From Deltaproteobacteria bacterium (GTDB lineage Bacteria > Myxococcota > Kuafuiibacteriia > Kuafuiibacteriales > Kuafuiibacteriaceae), in the NCBI GenBank assembly GCA_040218735.1, contig JAVJQW010000040.1, positions 1-64,000 on the forward strand: a stretch of DNA of 64,000 nucleotides, in the 5' to 3' direction. Positions 37,159-47,594 of this stretch are shown piece after piece. The notes beneath the pieces were generated by a model that was given only the letters and a program-made list of their open reading frames with translations, was not told where the DNA came from and did no database searches. Made by a program: the position numbers and the translations under genes. Positions within the stretch are counted from its first letter, which is position 1. Every line of letters starts with the position of its first letter.

Positions 37159-38930
37159 GATTCCTCGGAAGGGCTCTCGACGACCCGAAGCGGCAACGTG
37201 TTCGTGCCTCGGTGATCGATGTCGGAGGTCGGACTCGCCGGACCGATCGAGCGCACGTGGACGAGCCGTGGATGGGCGATGAGGTCCGCGCCGATCCGTT
37301 GCGCCGCCGCCACGTTCACGACCGCCGTGGACGGCTTGGCGACCTGCTGAAGGTCCGCGGCCTCCGCGACGAGCGGACCGACGACGGAGATCTCGTTCGC
37401 CGCGTCGACGCGCCCGACGATCGCGCGCCCGACCGCGATCCCCATCGAGATCGTCACCGACGTCGACCGTCCCTGTTCGGTCCAGCGTTCGAAGACGTGA
37501 TCCGCCGACGCGAGCACGGCCACCGCCGCCATGGCCGCGTTGCGCGCGTAGTCGGCGTGGGCCGAAGCCGTGAAGATCCCGATGATCGCGTCGCCGGAGA
37601 AGTGATCGATTCGGCCCCCCGCATCCTCGAGTGCGCCGCAGGCTGCCGCGTAGAGCTCCCCGAGCACGGCGACCAAGTTCTCCTTCGACCCCTCGTTCCA
37701 GCGGTCTTGGTCGGCGAGGTCGATGTACAGCAGCGCCACGTCCTCTTCGGTGCCGTTCTCGACGACACGGAACTCCTTCGTCAGGAGCTGGTGGAGCACC
37801 GTGGGCGGGAGGAAACGCGCCATCCTCAGGCGGAGCTGTGTCGTCGACTGACTGGCGCGCCGGTGATGTTCGACGACCTCGAGCGCTTCGTTGAACGCGT
37901 CGCGAAGCACCGCGATTTCGGCGGTTGCGCGCGTGTCGACGGAGCCGCGAAAGCCGTCGCGTGCCGCCCGTCGCACCGAGCTCGTCAGGCGACGAATCGG
38001 CTCCGTGACGTGACGCGCCAGCCACAGCGCGACGATCCCCGCGGCGAGCGCGGCGACCAGGGCGAGGAGCCAGACCCGACGGCGCACCCGCTCGAGCGAC
38101 GCCAGCGCGGCCGACTCCGGCCGCGAAACGCCGACGTGCCAGCCGAGCTTGGGCACTGACACGGCTGCGACGAGGACCGGGCCTCGTTCCGTCTCGATGC
38201 GTTGAACCACGCCGGCCTCGAGCGTCCCCAGGAGCGGTCGGTCACTCCCGCGTTCGAAGCCCACGAAGGGCGACTCCGTCGACGCGACACCGGAGGCGTC
38301 CGGGCGGCTCGACGCGATATACGTGAGTGTGCCGTCGACGACGTCGACTTCGCCGTCGACGCCCAAGAAGCGGTCCCGCAGCGTACGAACGGTCGCCTCG
38401 ACCCGCTTGATCTCGAGCGGCGCGGCGAGATAACCGAGCGTCTCGTCTCCGCGACGCCAAGCCACGACCACGGGGCACGCCGACGCGCCAGGCTCGAGAC
38501 GGCCCGGAGTGAATCGCTCCACCCGCGCGCGGCGTCGGGTCTCTTCGTCGAGTCGACTCGGGAGCTGGTCTTGGCCGCTCTCGACCGCGACGCGTGAGTC
38601 GAGGGCCCCCTCCGCATCGTAGATCGCGATCTGCGATGCGCGACCTGCGGCGACGATCGCGCGCAACAGGACGCGGCGCCGTTCGAACGGGAGCTCGTCG
38701 GCGTCGAGGATGCGCTCGGCCTCTTCGAGGGATCCGACGCGTGCGTCGAGCTCCGCGGCGATCGCTTCATCGACACGCGTTGCGAGTGCGAGGTGGACGT
38801 TCTGGGCCTCCTCCACCAGGCCGGAGCGATTCGCGTCGATGACGAAGTAACCCAACGCGACGGCGGGAGGGAGCGCGACGGCGAGGTGCGTCAACAACGC
38901 GCGATGAAGGAAGTGACCGCGTCGCTCCAC
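37155..38930 (-). CDS. Class III nucleotide cyclase-like receptor (TM-Cache-TM-HAMP-cyclase), catalytic motifs degenerate
   Basis: VTEPIRRL..EIAVLRDAFN (HAMP), MARFLP, ALLYIDL, IDHFSGDAI, MGIAVG..VG, VVGPLVAEAADLQ. Confidence 0.85.
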   Translation of the reverse strand: MERRGHFLHRALLTHLAVALPPAVALGYFVIDANRSGLVEEAQNVHLALATRVDEAIAAELDARVGSLEEAERILDADELPFERRRVLLRAIVAAGRASQIAIYDAEGALDSRVAVESGQDQLPSRLDEETRRRARVERFTPGRLEPGASACPVVVAWRRGDETLGYLAAPLEIKRVEATVRTLRDRFLGVDGEVDVVDGTLTYIASSRPDASGVASTESPFVGFERGSDRPLLGTLEAGVVQRIETERGPVLVAAVSVPKLGWHVGVSRPESAALASLERVRRRVWLLALVAALAAGIVALWLARHVTEPIRRLTSSVRRAARDGFRGSVDTRATAEIAVLRDAFNEALEVVEHHRRASQSTTQLRLRMARFLPPTVLHQLLTKEFRVVENGTEEDVALLYIDLADQDRWNEGSKENLVAVLGELYAAACGALEDAGGRIDHFSGDAIIGIFTASAHADYARNAAMAAVAVLASADHVFERWTEQGRSTSVTISMGIAVGRAIVGRVDAANEISVVGPLVAEAADLQQVAKPSTAVVNVAAAQRIGADLIAHPRLVHVRSIGPASPTSDIDHRGTNTLPLRVVESPSEES

Positions 38931-38931
38931 C

Positions 38932-40062
38932 TCAGGCGCCCTCCACGAAGAAGAGCTGGAACAACACCAGGGCCATCGCGACCAAGAAGGCCGCGAGGAG
39001 CGCCAGCCACATCCGATGGGCGTAGGCGCCGTCCTCGTCGAACGGGTCCTTCACGCCCGGATCGCTCGCGGCGCGTTCCTTGGGGAGATCGGACGACTCG
39101 CTGACGAGCGCGCGTTGCGCGCGAGCCTTCGCCCAGTCGAAGCGGCGCCCCGCCCAAGAACCACCGGGGGCGGTGAGGTCGGTGTCCGAATCCGTGCACT
39201 GCCCGGCGAGGATCGCCTCGACCTCGTCCGCAAAGGCGTCCGCCGATGCGTGGCGTCGCTCGCGCTCCGTGTCGAGGGCACGATGGAGGACGCGGTGCAG
39301 CCGGACGGCGACGTCGCGCTCCAGCTCGAGGCCGCCCTGCGCGACGGCCTGTACGAACGGTGGCGGCGGCTGGGAGCACGTCGCCATCATCGAGGCCATG
39401 GGCGTGTCCCCCGACCACGGCGTTTGCCCGGTGAGGAGCTCGTAGGCGACGACGGCGAGGGAGAAGACATCCGCGCGCGCATCGACGCGATGACCGAGGA
39501 TCTGCTCGGGTGCCATGTAACGCGGGGTGCCGTTGGTGACGTCGGTGCGGGTGAGGCGGTAACCGGCGACCTTCGAGATTCCGAAGTCGAGGAGCTTCAC
39601 GCCGCCGTCGTCGGTCACGAAGATGTTCGACGGCTTCACGTCACGGTGGAACACCTGCACGTCGTGGGCGGCCTGGAGGGCGCGTGCGACGCGGACGATC
39701 ACCCGCAAGCGATCCCGGAAGCCGAAGCGGAAGTCGTACTGGAGCTGAGAGAGGTCGACCCCGTCGAGGAGCTCCATCGCGATCCAGAGGACCTCGGGGG
39801 TCTCGCCGTAGTCGTAGACCCGAACGATGTCCGGGTGTTGGATCCGCAAGCCGAGTTGCGCCTCGAGCTCGAAGCGATCGCGAGTCGTCTTGGAGAGCGA
39901 CGTGGCGATCACCTTGATCGCGAAGCGCTCGTCGTCGATGACCCGGCGGGCCCGGTAGACGGTCGCGATCCCCCCGGACCCGAGGAGGGCTTCGAGCTCG
40001 TAGCCCTCGAGATCGAGGGTTTCGACACCGAAGGGCATCGGGACGGAGGTCACGTCCGACAT
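38932..40062 (-). CDS. Ser/Thr protein kinase with C-terminal TM helix
   Basis: LGSGGIATVY, AIK, HRDVKPSN, DFG, YMAPE, DVFSL. Confidence 0.93.
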   Translation of the reverse strand: MSDVTSVPMPFGVETLDLEGYELEALLGSGGIATVYRARRVIDDERFAIKVIATSLSKTTRDRFELEAQLGLRIQHPDIVRVYDYGETPEVLWIAMELLDGVDLSQLQYDFRFGFRDRLRVIVRVARALQAAHDVQVFHRDVKPSNIFVTDDGGVKLLDFGISKVAGYRLTRTDVTNGTPRYMAPEQILGHRVDARADVFSLAVVAYELLTGQTPWSGDTPMASMMATCSQPPPPFVQAVAQGGLELERDVAVRLHRVLHRALDTERERRHASADAFADEVEAILAGQCTDSDTDLTAPGGSWAGRRFDWAKARAQRALVSESSDLPKERAASDPGVKDPFDEDGAYAHRMWLALLAAFLVAMALVLFQLFFVEGA

Positions 40063-40209
40063 CGAGCGGCGCGGTGAGCAACTCTTGGGCCGCGGCGTGG
40101 GGCGCAAGGCTGGGGCTCGAGAGTGCGTCGACGTGTGTCACCCGTGAGACAGACTGGCACGCCTTCGGTCGGTGTCGCGTTTCGCTCCGCGCTGGTTAAG
40201 CTAGCCGAG

Positions 40210-40992
40210 ATGATCTTGGAGTGGTGGGCGGACCGGCGTCGTCGAGCGATCCTCGCGGAGCCGTTTCCCGACGCCTACCGCGCGATCCTCGCGGCCAACG
40301 TTCCGCACGTCGAACTGCTCGATGACGACGAGCGCACCGAGCTCGAACGCATGGTGCAGGTCTTCGTCGCCGAGAAGAACTGGGAGGGGTGCGGCGGCCA
40401 AGAGATCGACGACGAGGTCAAGGTCACCGTCGCCGGGCAGGCTTGCCTCCTGATCCTCGGACTCGACCACACGCTCTACCGCAACGTCGAATCGATCCTC
40501 GTGTACCCGAGCACGGTCGTCGCGCCCGAGACCGAGGTGCCGGGCACCCTCGCGCGGGGCGGCGTGCCCATCCTCGGGCAGGTGATGCGCGGCGGACCGG
40601 TGATCCTCGCGTGGGACGCCGTCAAACACGGCGCGCACAACCCGGGCGACGGAAAGAACGTCGTCTACCACGAGTTCGCCCACAAGCTGGATCTCCTCGA
40701 CGGCGCGGCCGACGGGACCCCGCCGCTCGACCGCGAACAGTACGACGCGTGGGTCGACGCGTGCGGGCGCGCGTACGTGGAGCTCGTCGCGCGCTCCGAA
40801 CGGAACCGCAAGACCTTCCTCGACGACTACGGCGCCACCAACGAGGCCGAGTTCTTCGCGGTCGCGACCGAGTTCTTCTTCGAGAAACCCACGCAGATGC
40901 GAAAGAAACACCCGGCGCTGTACGCGGTCCTTCGCGACTTCTACCGACAAGACCCCGCCGAACGACGGGTGCGCGCCGATCAGTCCGCGTAG
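40210..40992 (+). CDS. Zinc-dependent peptidase, MtfA/M90 family
   Basis: VAGQACLL, ILVYP, NVVYHEFAHKLD, YGATNEAEFFAVATEFFFEKP, FYRQDP. Confidence 0.9.
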   Translation: MILEWWADRRRRAILAEPFPDAYRAILAANVPHVELLDDDERTELERMVQVFVAEKNWEGCGGQEIDDEVKVTVAGQACLLILGLDHTLYRNVESILVYPSTVVAPETEVPGTLARGGVPILGQVMRGGPVILAWDAVKHGAHNPGDGKNVVYHEFAHKLDLLDGAADGTPPLDREQYDAWVDACGRAYVELVARSERNRKTFLDDYGATNEAEFFAVATEFFFEKPTQMRKKHPALYAVLRDFYRQDPAERRVRADQSA

Positions 40993-42158
40993 GTGCGGCG
41001 CCCCAGCCACTGCGGTCGGCCGACGCGCGTCGGGCCCGCCTGCTGCCGCAGCACCTTGCGCGGCCCGTCTTCCACGCGGACCGTCACGAGCTCGGCTGCG
41101 CCCTCGTCGGTCGCTCGAATGTAAGCGACCCGGCTGCCGTCCGGGGACCACGCGGGGTGCCCCGCCGCAAACGTCGGGCCCACGACGTCGAGGGTGTTCG
41201 AGTCCAGCTCCGACGTGAGCACCGAGAGGGCGATCGCGGAGTCGTCCGTCATCACGTCGAGGTACGCGAGCGTGTCGTCCGTCGGGGACCACTGCACCTG
41301 CGGCTGCGCGTCGAGCGCGAGCTCGAGTAACGTCTCGATCTCTCGCGTCCGCACGTCGAAGCGGCCGACGACCCACGCGTCCTCGGCGAGGTACGTGACC
41401 GCGAGGTACTCGCCGGAGCGGTCGTAGACGGGGCGTTGCAGCGGAACGGCGCCGGGCGGATCGAACACGGTCTGCACCGCGCCCGTCGCGACATTCGCGA
41501 TGCGGAGCACACCCTCCGCGCCCAGGAACGCCGCGTACGCGAGTGACTCGCCGTTCGGTGAGAACGTGGGACGCACGCGCGGGATGTCGCTCCCGGTGAC
41601 CGTGAACGCGTCGATCGACCGCACGTTGCCGTCGAGATCCACGATGGAGATCTCCCACTTCGCGCCGCCCACGTCGTACGAGACGAACGCGAGTGACTTC
41701 CCGTCCGGGCTCCACGTGGGCTGTCCGGGCTGCGTTCCACCGACCAGCGTGACCAAGTGTTGCGGCTCCTGGGTCCAGAGATCCATTCGGTAGAGCTGCC
41801 AACCGGACTCGTAGGTGACGTACGCGATCTCGTGACCGTTCGGGCTCACCGCAACCTGTCCTGCGGTGGGGAAGGTGCCCGACAGTTTGACGAGGCGCGC
41901 CGCGTATCCGGACTCGCCGTCGACGACGTACAACGACGGCACGTCGTCTTCGAGGTCCTCCACGACCAGCGCGGAGCACCCCCCTTCATCGATCCTCAGC
42001 TCGGGATCACACGTGCGGAACGCGACGTCTGTCTCGGGCGCCTCGGGCAGCGCTTCGAACGCCTGAGGCTCTTCCGCTTGGTAGAGCACCGGCGTCTCGC
42101 CGCAAGCGGCGAGCAAGGGGATCCAACACAGGAGCGAGACGCTCCGCTGCATCGACAT
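40980..42158 (-). CDS. TolB-like (PD40) beta-propeller lipoprotein
   Basis: PLLAAC lipobox; repeats PTWSPDGKSLAF, PTFSPNGESLAY, PAWSPDGSRVAY. Confidence 0.85.
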   Translation of the reverse strand: MSMQRSVSLLCWIPLLAACGETPVLYQAEEPQAFEALPEAPETDVAFRTCDPELRIDEGGCSALVVEDLEDDVPSLYVVDGESGYAARLVKLSGTFPTAGQVAVSPNGHEIAYVTYESGWQLYRMDLWTQEPQHLVTLVGGTQPGQPTWSPDGKSLAFVSYDVGGAKWEISIVDLDGNVRSIDAFTVTGSDIPRVRPTFSPNGESLAYAAFLGAEGVLRIANVATGAVQTVFDPPGAVPLQRPVYDRSGEYLAVTYLAEDAWVVGRFDVRTREIETLLELALDAQPQVQWSPTDDTLAYLDVMTDDSAIALSVLTSELDSNTLDVVGPTFAAGHPAWSPDGSRVAYIRATDEGAAELVTVRVEDGPRKVLRQQAGPTRVGRPQWLGRRTYAD

Positions 42159-42207
42159 CGTAGAGTGGGTGGTGTGGCGCGTGGCCACGATTCAAAAAAA
42201 ACGTCCG

Positions 42208-42336
42208 TTGATCGGCGTCAGCGTCGTCGCCGGCGGCATCGAAGCCGTGAACTGTCCGATCCTCGTCGGCATCGTCGCATCGTGGTTCGTGTCGCCGCTC
42301 CTCGTGATCTACAGCCTGCTCACGCGGATCTTCTGA
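42208..42336 (+). pseudogene. Remnant of a PiT-family phosphate transporter C-terminus
   Basis: LIGVSVVAGGIEAVNCPILVGIVASWFVSPLLVIYSLLTRIF* resembles the PiT segment G.G...GG..AVNW..L..IVASWxxSP; below the ORF-track cutoff. Confidence 0.55.
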
Positions 42337-42351
42337 GCTACCATCACGTCG

Positions 42352-43389
42352 ATGCGATGCAAGGAGACCGCGTTCTCGGGTCTGCGCCTGGAACGCATCC
42401 GCGCTTCGAAGCAGTTCGACGGCGCGGCGTTCTCGAACCCGACCGGCAAGGGCCCCTCGCTGAAGGGCAACCCGTTGCCGATGCTCGGGGAGTACTTCTT
42501 TGGCAAGAACCAGCGCATGCCGCCGGGGCCGCTCCCGCTCGAACGACCGCACGACGCGTGGCGGGCTCCGATCGAGTCGGGCCTGCGCGTGACGTGGCTC
42601 GGACACTCGACGGTGCTCCTCGAGATCGACGGCTACCGCGTCCTCACGGACCCGGTCTTCGGGGCGCGCGCTTCGCCGCTCGCCTTCGCGGGGCCGAAGC
42701 GTTTTCACCCGGTCCCCGCAGAGCTGGACGAGCTCCCACCGATCGACGTCGTGGTGCTGTCCCACGATCACTACGACCACCTCTGCCGCGACACGATGCG
42801 GCGCCTCGCGAAGGCCGAGATGCCGATCGTGACCTCGCTGGGCGTCGGTGCGCGGCTGGAGGCGATTGGGGTCGCGAATGAGCGCATCCACGAGCTCGAC
42901 TGGAACGAATACGTCGACGTCCGGGGCCTGAGGATCACGGCGACGCCCTGTCAGCACTTCTCGGGGCGCGGCGCGTCGGACCGGAACAAGACGCTGTGGT
43001 CGTCGTGGGTGCTGCGCACGGATCATCACCGCGTGTTCTTCTCGGGGGACACGGGGCTCACCGAGATGTTCCGGACGATCGGCGACGCGCACGGTCCCTT
43101 CGATCTCGTGATGCTGGAGATCGGCGCGTTCCACGAGAGCTGGGGCGACATCCACCTCGGCCCGCACAACGCGATGAAGGTGTTCTCGATGCTCGGCGGC
43201 GGCACGCTCCTCCCCGTGCACTGGGGGACCTTCAACCTCGCGCTGCACGACTGGGACGACCCCGGGGAGACGATCCTCCGCCTCGGCGAAGAGCAGGGGC
43301 AGCGCGTGCTCACGCCGCGGCTGGGCCAGGTGTTCGAGCCGGCGCAGGTAGAGCGCTTCGAGGCGTGGTGGCGCGCCGTGGGCGCCTGA
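42352..43389 (+). CDS. MBL-fold metallo-hydrolase (NAPE-PLD/RomA-like)
   Basis: TWLGHST, LTDPVF, SHDHYDH, PCQHFSGR, FSGDTG, PVHWGTF. Confidence 0.92.
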   Translation: MRCKETAFSGLRLERIRASKQFDGAAFSNPTGKGPSLKGNPLPMLGEYFFGKNQRMPPGPLPLERPHDAWRAPIESGLRVTWLGHSTVLLEIDGYRVLTDPVFGARASPLAFAGPKRFHPVPAELDELPPIDVVVLSHDHYDHLCRDTMRRLAKAEMPIVTSLGVGARLEAIGVANERIHELDWNEYVDVRGLRITATPCQHFSGRGASDRNKTLWSSWVLRTDHHRVFFSGDTGLTEMFRTIGDAHGPFDLVMLEIGAFHESWGDIHLGPHNAMKVFSMLGGGTLLPVHWGTFNLALHDWDDPGETILRLGEEQGQRVLTPRLGQVFEPAQVERFEAWWRAVGA

Positions 43390-43436
43390 ACGTTCCTGCA
43401 ATCGGCGCGTAATCGTCCCGCTGCGCGCAGGGCTTC

Positions 43437-44990
43437 ATGATGGTCTTCGCGATGACCGTCCGTGAGTCGACCAAAACCCAGGAGAACCGCTGGCGTCGCC
43501 TTCGCCTGCAGGAGGAGGACCGCACGCCGCCTCCTCCTCCGCCTCCGGCTCCGACGACGACCACCGCGCCCGAGGCGCCCGCGTTTCGGCCCTCCGACGC
43601 GACGGTGCGCGACGCACGTCAGCGCCTGACGCAGGACCCGAGCTTCAACTTCCTCGCGTTTCGGCTCCAGAACGATCTCGACGCGCGTGACGCCGACCAG
43701 GCCGCAGCGGACGAAGCGGTCGCGACGATTCGCGAGGAGTTCTCCGAGGACGTCGATCAGGACGACCTCGAGCACATCAGCGAGGTGTGGGCGGGGCTGA
43801 CGCCGGAGCAGGCGCAGGCGGCGTTCGACGAGCTCACCGACGACGAGATCGACAAGTGGGGGAGCGAGGCGCAGCGCTCGACGTTCTGGACCGACAACGG
43901 TCTGACCGGTAACCAGCAGCAGGCGCTCTTCGACGACCTCGCGACGAAGCTCACCGCGGATCAGCTGAAGGAGGTCGCCGTCGCGTTCGACAACCGCGGG
44001 CGCATGGAGGACGCGGTTCGCGAGCACGCGCCGAGCGAGGTACGTACCGAGTACCTCGCGGGCGCTCCGTCGGATCCGATCACGGTGCTGAACCTAAACG
44101 TCTCGGGCGGCCACGGGAACAAACCGTACGACTCCGACGGCATGGACCCCGGCGACATCGACGAGCTCGCGACGCGCATCATCGAGGGCGACGCGGACGT
44201 CGCGACGCTGCAGGAGGTCTGGGAGCAGGACCTGCCGGCGCTCGAGCGCGAGCTCGAAGAGCGAACCGGCGACGAGTGGGATCTGCACTTCGCGGAAGCG
44301 AGCAAGAAGGTCCGCTTCGACGACGACCTGTTCGCGACGGCGCACCTGAACCAGCCGTTCGGCAACGCGGTGCTCGTCCGGCGCGGGGAGGGCGTGGCGT
44401 ACTCCGAGATCGCGGGGCGCGAGAAGATCGACTCCCCCGGCGAGGTCGGAGACGGCTCGGACGGGCGCTCCGCGATCGCGGTGCGAGTGCACACGGCGGA
44501 CGGCGGTTCCTTCGTCGTCGCGACGGCGCACACCGACACGGCGGGGGACATCGCGGACCCCGAGGAGCGCGCGCGGGAGATCGCCGAGGTGCGGCGGTTC
44601 GCGGAGGGGGTCGCGGGGGACGATCCGGTCGTCGTGACCGGAGACTTCAACGCGGTCATCGACGGCGACGACGCGACGGCGGAGGCGCTGCAGGACTATG
44701 TCGACGCGGGGTACGCGGACGCCGGCGACATCGGCCCGACCTCCGACTTCGGCTCCGGGCGGCGCATCGACTTCGTCTTCACGGGCGAGGGGATCATCGC
44801 GGGTGACCCCGAGCGGCTCGACGGCGACTCGCCGGACCACGAGGGCCAGGACGCGGACCTCGCGGACCACGACGGCATCCTCGTCGACATCTCCGTGCCG
44901 ACGGACGGCGAGGGCATCGCCCCCGACGATATCCCGGAGGGCAGCGACTTCGAGCGTGGGCAGGGCGGCGTCGACGACGACTATCGCTGA
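43437..44990 (+). CDS. Endonuclease/exonuclease/phosphatase (EEP) domain protein with Pro-rich and helical N-terminal region
   Basis: TVLNLNV, ATLQEV, FGNAVL, VATAH, VTGDFN, RIDFVF, ADH; no signal peptide. Confidence 0.82.
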   Translation: MMVFAMTVRESTKTQENRWRRLRLQEEDRTPPPPPPPAPTTTTAPEAPAFRPSDATVRDARQRLTQDPSFNFLAFRLQNDLDARDADQAAADEAVATIREEFSEDVDQDDLEHISEVWAGLTPEQAQAAFDELTDDEIDKWGSEAQRSTFWTDNGLTGNQQQALFDDLATKLTADQLKEVAVAFDNRGRMEDAVREHAPSEVRTEYLAGAPSDPITVLNLNVSGGHGNKPYDSDGMDPGDIDELATRIIEGDADVATLQEVWEQDLPALERELEERTGDEWDLHFAEASKKVRFDDDLFATAHLNQPFGNAVLVRRGEGVAYSEIAGREKIDSPGEVGDGSDGRSAIAVRVHTADGGSFVVATAHTDTAGDIADPEERAREIAEVRRFAEGVAGDDPVVVTGDFNAVIDGDDATAEALQDYVDAGYADAGDIGPTSDFGSGRRIDFVFTGEGIIAGDPERLDGDSPDHEGQDADLADHDGILVDISVPTDGEGIAPDDIPEGSDFERGQGGVDDDYR

Positions 44991-45051
44991 TCCGAGGGCG
45001 GAGAAATTCGGTCGCGCCTCGTTCGCGCGCGTCTGCTAGGCTCCGCGCCCC

Positions 45052-46764
45052 ATGCGATGGTCCGAGACCTTCATCCCCACGCTCCGCAACGATCCCGCTG
45101 ACGCGGAGGCCGCCTCGCACAAACTCATGGTGCGCGCCGGGCTCATTCGGCAGTTGGGCTCCGGTATCTACTCGTACCTCCCGATCGGGTGGCGCGTCGC
45201 GCGGAAGGCCGAGGCGATCGTGCGTGAGGAGATGGATGCGATCGGCGCGCAGGAGTTCTACCTGCCGGCGCTGCACCCTGCGGAGGTGTGGAAGGAGTCC
45301 GGGCGCTGGGACGCGATCGGCGGCGAGATGTTCCGCCTCAAGGACCGCAAGGACGCCGAGATGTGCCTCGGGATGACGTGCGAGGAGATCTTCACGTTCC
45401 TCGCGCGCGACGGGCTCAACTCGTACAAGCAGCTCCCGCAGATCTGGTACCAGATCCAGTGCAAGTTCCGCGACGAGCCGCGCCCGAAGTCGGGTGTGCT
45501 GCGCGGACGGCAGTTCACGATGAAGGACTCCTACTCCTTCGACAAGGACTGGGCCGGGCTGGACGCGTCGTTCGACAAACACGCCGTCGCGTACAAGAAG
45601 ATCTTCGACCGGTGTGGCATCGACTCGATCCCCGTCGAGGCTTCGTCGGGTGCGATGGGCGGGAGTGAGTCCGTCGAGTTCATGGCGCGCTCGACGGCGG
45701 GCGAGGACTGGATCGCGCGCTGCTCCGGGTGTGACTACTCCGCGAACGTGGAGCGCGCGGTGTCGGCCGTCGAGCCGATCGTCGACGAGCCGGACGACGC
45801 CGCGGTCGAGAAGTTCCCGACGCCCGGCATCCGCACCATCGCTGCCCTCGTCACGTTCGAGGGCGGCGCTGCGGCGGACCGGCAGATCAAGACGCTGGTG
45901 TTCATGAAGCGCACCGAGGAGGGGGAGTCGCCGGTGCTGCTCCTCATCCAGGGCGACGACGAGCTCAACGAGGTCGGCGCGATCGACGCGGTGGGCGCGG
46001 GCCTGCGGCCGGCGCACGAAGAAGAGATCGTGAAGGCGCTCGGCGCGAAGCCCGGGAGCCTCGGCGCGGTCGGCGTGAAGGACATCCCGATCTACGCGGA
46101 CAAACGCCTGAAGGGGCGCGTGGGGATGACGACCGGCGCCAACCACGACGACCACCACGTGCGCCACGTGAGCATCGAGCGCGACATCGCGGTCACCGAG
46201 TGGGCAGACCTGCGGCTGGTTCGCGACGGGGAGCCTTGCACCAAGTGCGGCAAGGCGCTGGAGCTGCAGAAGGCGATCGAGATCGGGCACATCTTCAAGC
46301 TGGGGCTTCGTTACTCCGAGAGCATGAAGGCCTCGGTGATCGACGAGAACGGCAAGCTCCAGCCCGTGGTGATGGGGTCGTACGGGATCGGCATCGACCG
46401 CATCGTCGCGGCGGCGATCGAAGCGCACCACGACGACAAGGGCATCCGCTGGCCGCTGTCGCTCGCGCCCTACAAGGTCGTCGTCGCGCCCATCAAGCTG
46501 AACGACGACGCGCAGCGCGAGGCGAGTGAGAAGCTCTACGGCGAGCTGAAGGCGCTGGGCATCGAGGTGATCTACGACGACCGCAACGAACGCCCCGGCG
46601 CGAAGTTCAAGGACCACGAGCTGGTCGGCATCCCGTTCCGCGTGGTGACGGGGCGCGGGCTCGCCGACGGTCAGGTGGAGCTGTACGACCGGTACGCGGA
46701 CGAGAAGAAGGACGTCCCGCTCGCGGAGGTCGTCGATCTCTTGAAAGAGCGCCTGAAACTCTAG
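45052..46764 (+). CDS. proS: Proline--tRNA ligase with INS editing domain
   Basis: SHKLMVRAGLIRQ, WKESGRW, KFRDEPRP, FTMKDSYSF, IEIGHIFKLG, MGSYGIG, DDRNERPG.KF.D.ELVGIP. Confidence 0.98.
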   Translation: MRWSETFIPTLRNDPADAEAASHKLMVRAGLIRQLGSGIYSYLPIGWRVARKAEAIVREEMDAIGAQEFYLPALHPAEVWKESGRWDAIGGEMFRLKDRKDAEMCLGMTCEEIFTFLARDGLNSYKQLPQIWYQIQCKFRDEPRPKSGVLRGRQFTMKDSYSFDKDWAGLDASFDKHAVAYKKIFDRCGIDSIPVEASSGAMGGSESVEFMARSTAGEDWIARCSGCDYSANVERAVSAVEPIVDEPDDAAVEKFPTPGIRTIAALVTFEGGAAADRQIKTLVFMKRTEEGESPVLLLIQGDDELNEVGAIDAVGAGLRPAHEEEIVKALGAKPGSLGAVGVKDIPIYADKRLKGRVGMTTGANHDDHHVRHVSIERDIAVTEWADLRLVRDGEPCTKCGKALELQKAIEIGHIFKLGLRYSESMKASVIDENGKLQPVVMGSYGIGIDRIVAAAIEAHHDDKGIRWPLSLAPYKVVVAPIKLNDDAQREASEKLYGELKALGIEVIYDDRNERPGAKFKDHELVGIPFRVVTGRGLADGQVELYDRYADEKKDVPLAEVVDLLKERLKL

Positions 46765-47594
46765 TAGAGCGTGATCGACGGATCCGCGTAGCCCTCACCG
46801 ACGACACCGTCCGCGATGGGATAGGAACGTAGCCCCGTCGTGTCCCAGTCGTTGAAGAACGTCCCGTGGGGGTCTTCGTAGACCGAAACGACGAACGTGG
46901 CGCCCCCAGCGTCCCAGCGGGTGTCGATGATCCAAGCGGTCGTCGTCGCGCTCGGCACGACGAGCTCCGAGGACCATTGCACGCCGTCCGCCGACGTCCG
47001 ACAAACGAGGCGACTCCCGGTGCGCGGGTCGGGCATGCCGCCTGCGGTTGCCGCAGAGGGGCTCCCAGTGAAGTGGACCCAACACACGAGATACACGCCG
47101 TCCGGCGCTCGGACCGCGTGCGGCATGAAGTACCAATCGGGTCCCGCGATCGAGCTCGCGCCGCCCGCGGAGCTCAGGAGGAGCTCGACCCCGGCGGAGG
47201 ACGCACGTGAGACGATGGCGTCGGGTGCGCTGTGCTCCACGGGCATTGCTGTGTCGGGCGATGACGAGTCGAACCGAAAGTGGATCGTCACGTTGGGATC
47301 GAGCCCGTCCGGGTACACGTTGGTGCCCTCGGGCCGACCGATGCTGGAGTGCTCGGGGCACGCGTAGCACACGCCTCCGTCATCGCAAGGCACACTCGAG
47401 CAGCCCATGGGTTCGCCAGCATCTTCCTCGCCGATGCTGGCGTCCGATGAGACACCGGCGTCGCGCGATGTCGATGCGTCGACTGGGACGTTGGCGTCTG
47501 GGCCCGTGCGGTTCGAAGGCGGTGCATCGTCGTCCGGACACGCGCTGAGCGCGAGGGCGGCGACGATCATGAACGTACGTTTCACCAGAATCAC
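46761..47594 (-). CDS. Hypothetical lipoprotein
   Basis: GTGA overlap with the upstream stop and GGAGG RBS; AALALSAC lipobox; DAG linker; Cys cluster. Confidence 0.7.
   Translation of the reverse strand: MILVKRTFMIVAALALSACPDDDAPPSNRTGPDANVPVDASTSRDAGVSSDASIGEEDAGEPMGCSSVPCDDGGVCYACPEHSSIGRPEGTNVYPDGLDPNVTIHFRFDSSSPDTAMPVEHSAPDAIVSRASSAGVELLLSSAGGASSIAGPDWYFMPHAVRAPDGVYLVCWVHFTGSPSAATAGGMPDPRTGSRLVCRTSADGVQWSSELVVPSATTTAWIIDTRWDAGGATFVVSVYEDPHGTFFNDWDTTGLRSYPIADGVVGEGYADPSITLY

Noticed and set aside
35119-38025. 968-aa ORF as one protein (similarly 53932..56028, 3365..5008, 9467..10927)
   Set aside because: The 5' extensions overlap other real genes; true starts are downstream (37158, 54969, 4642, 10010).
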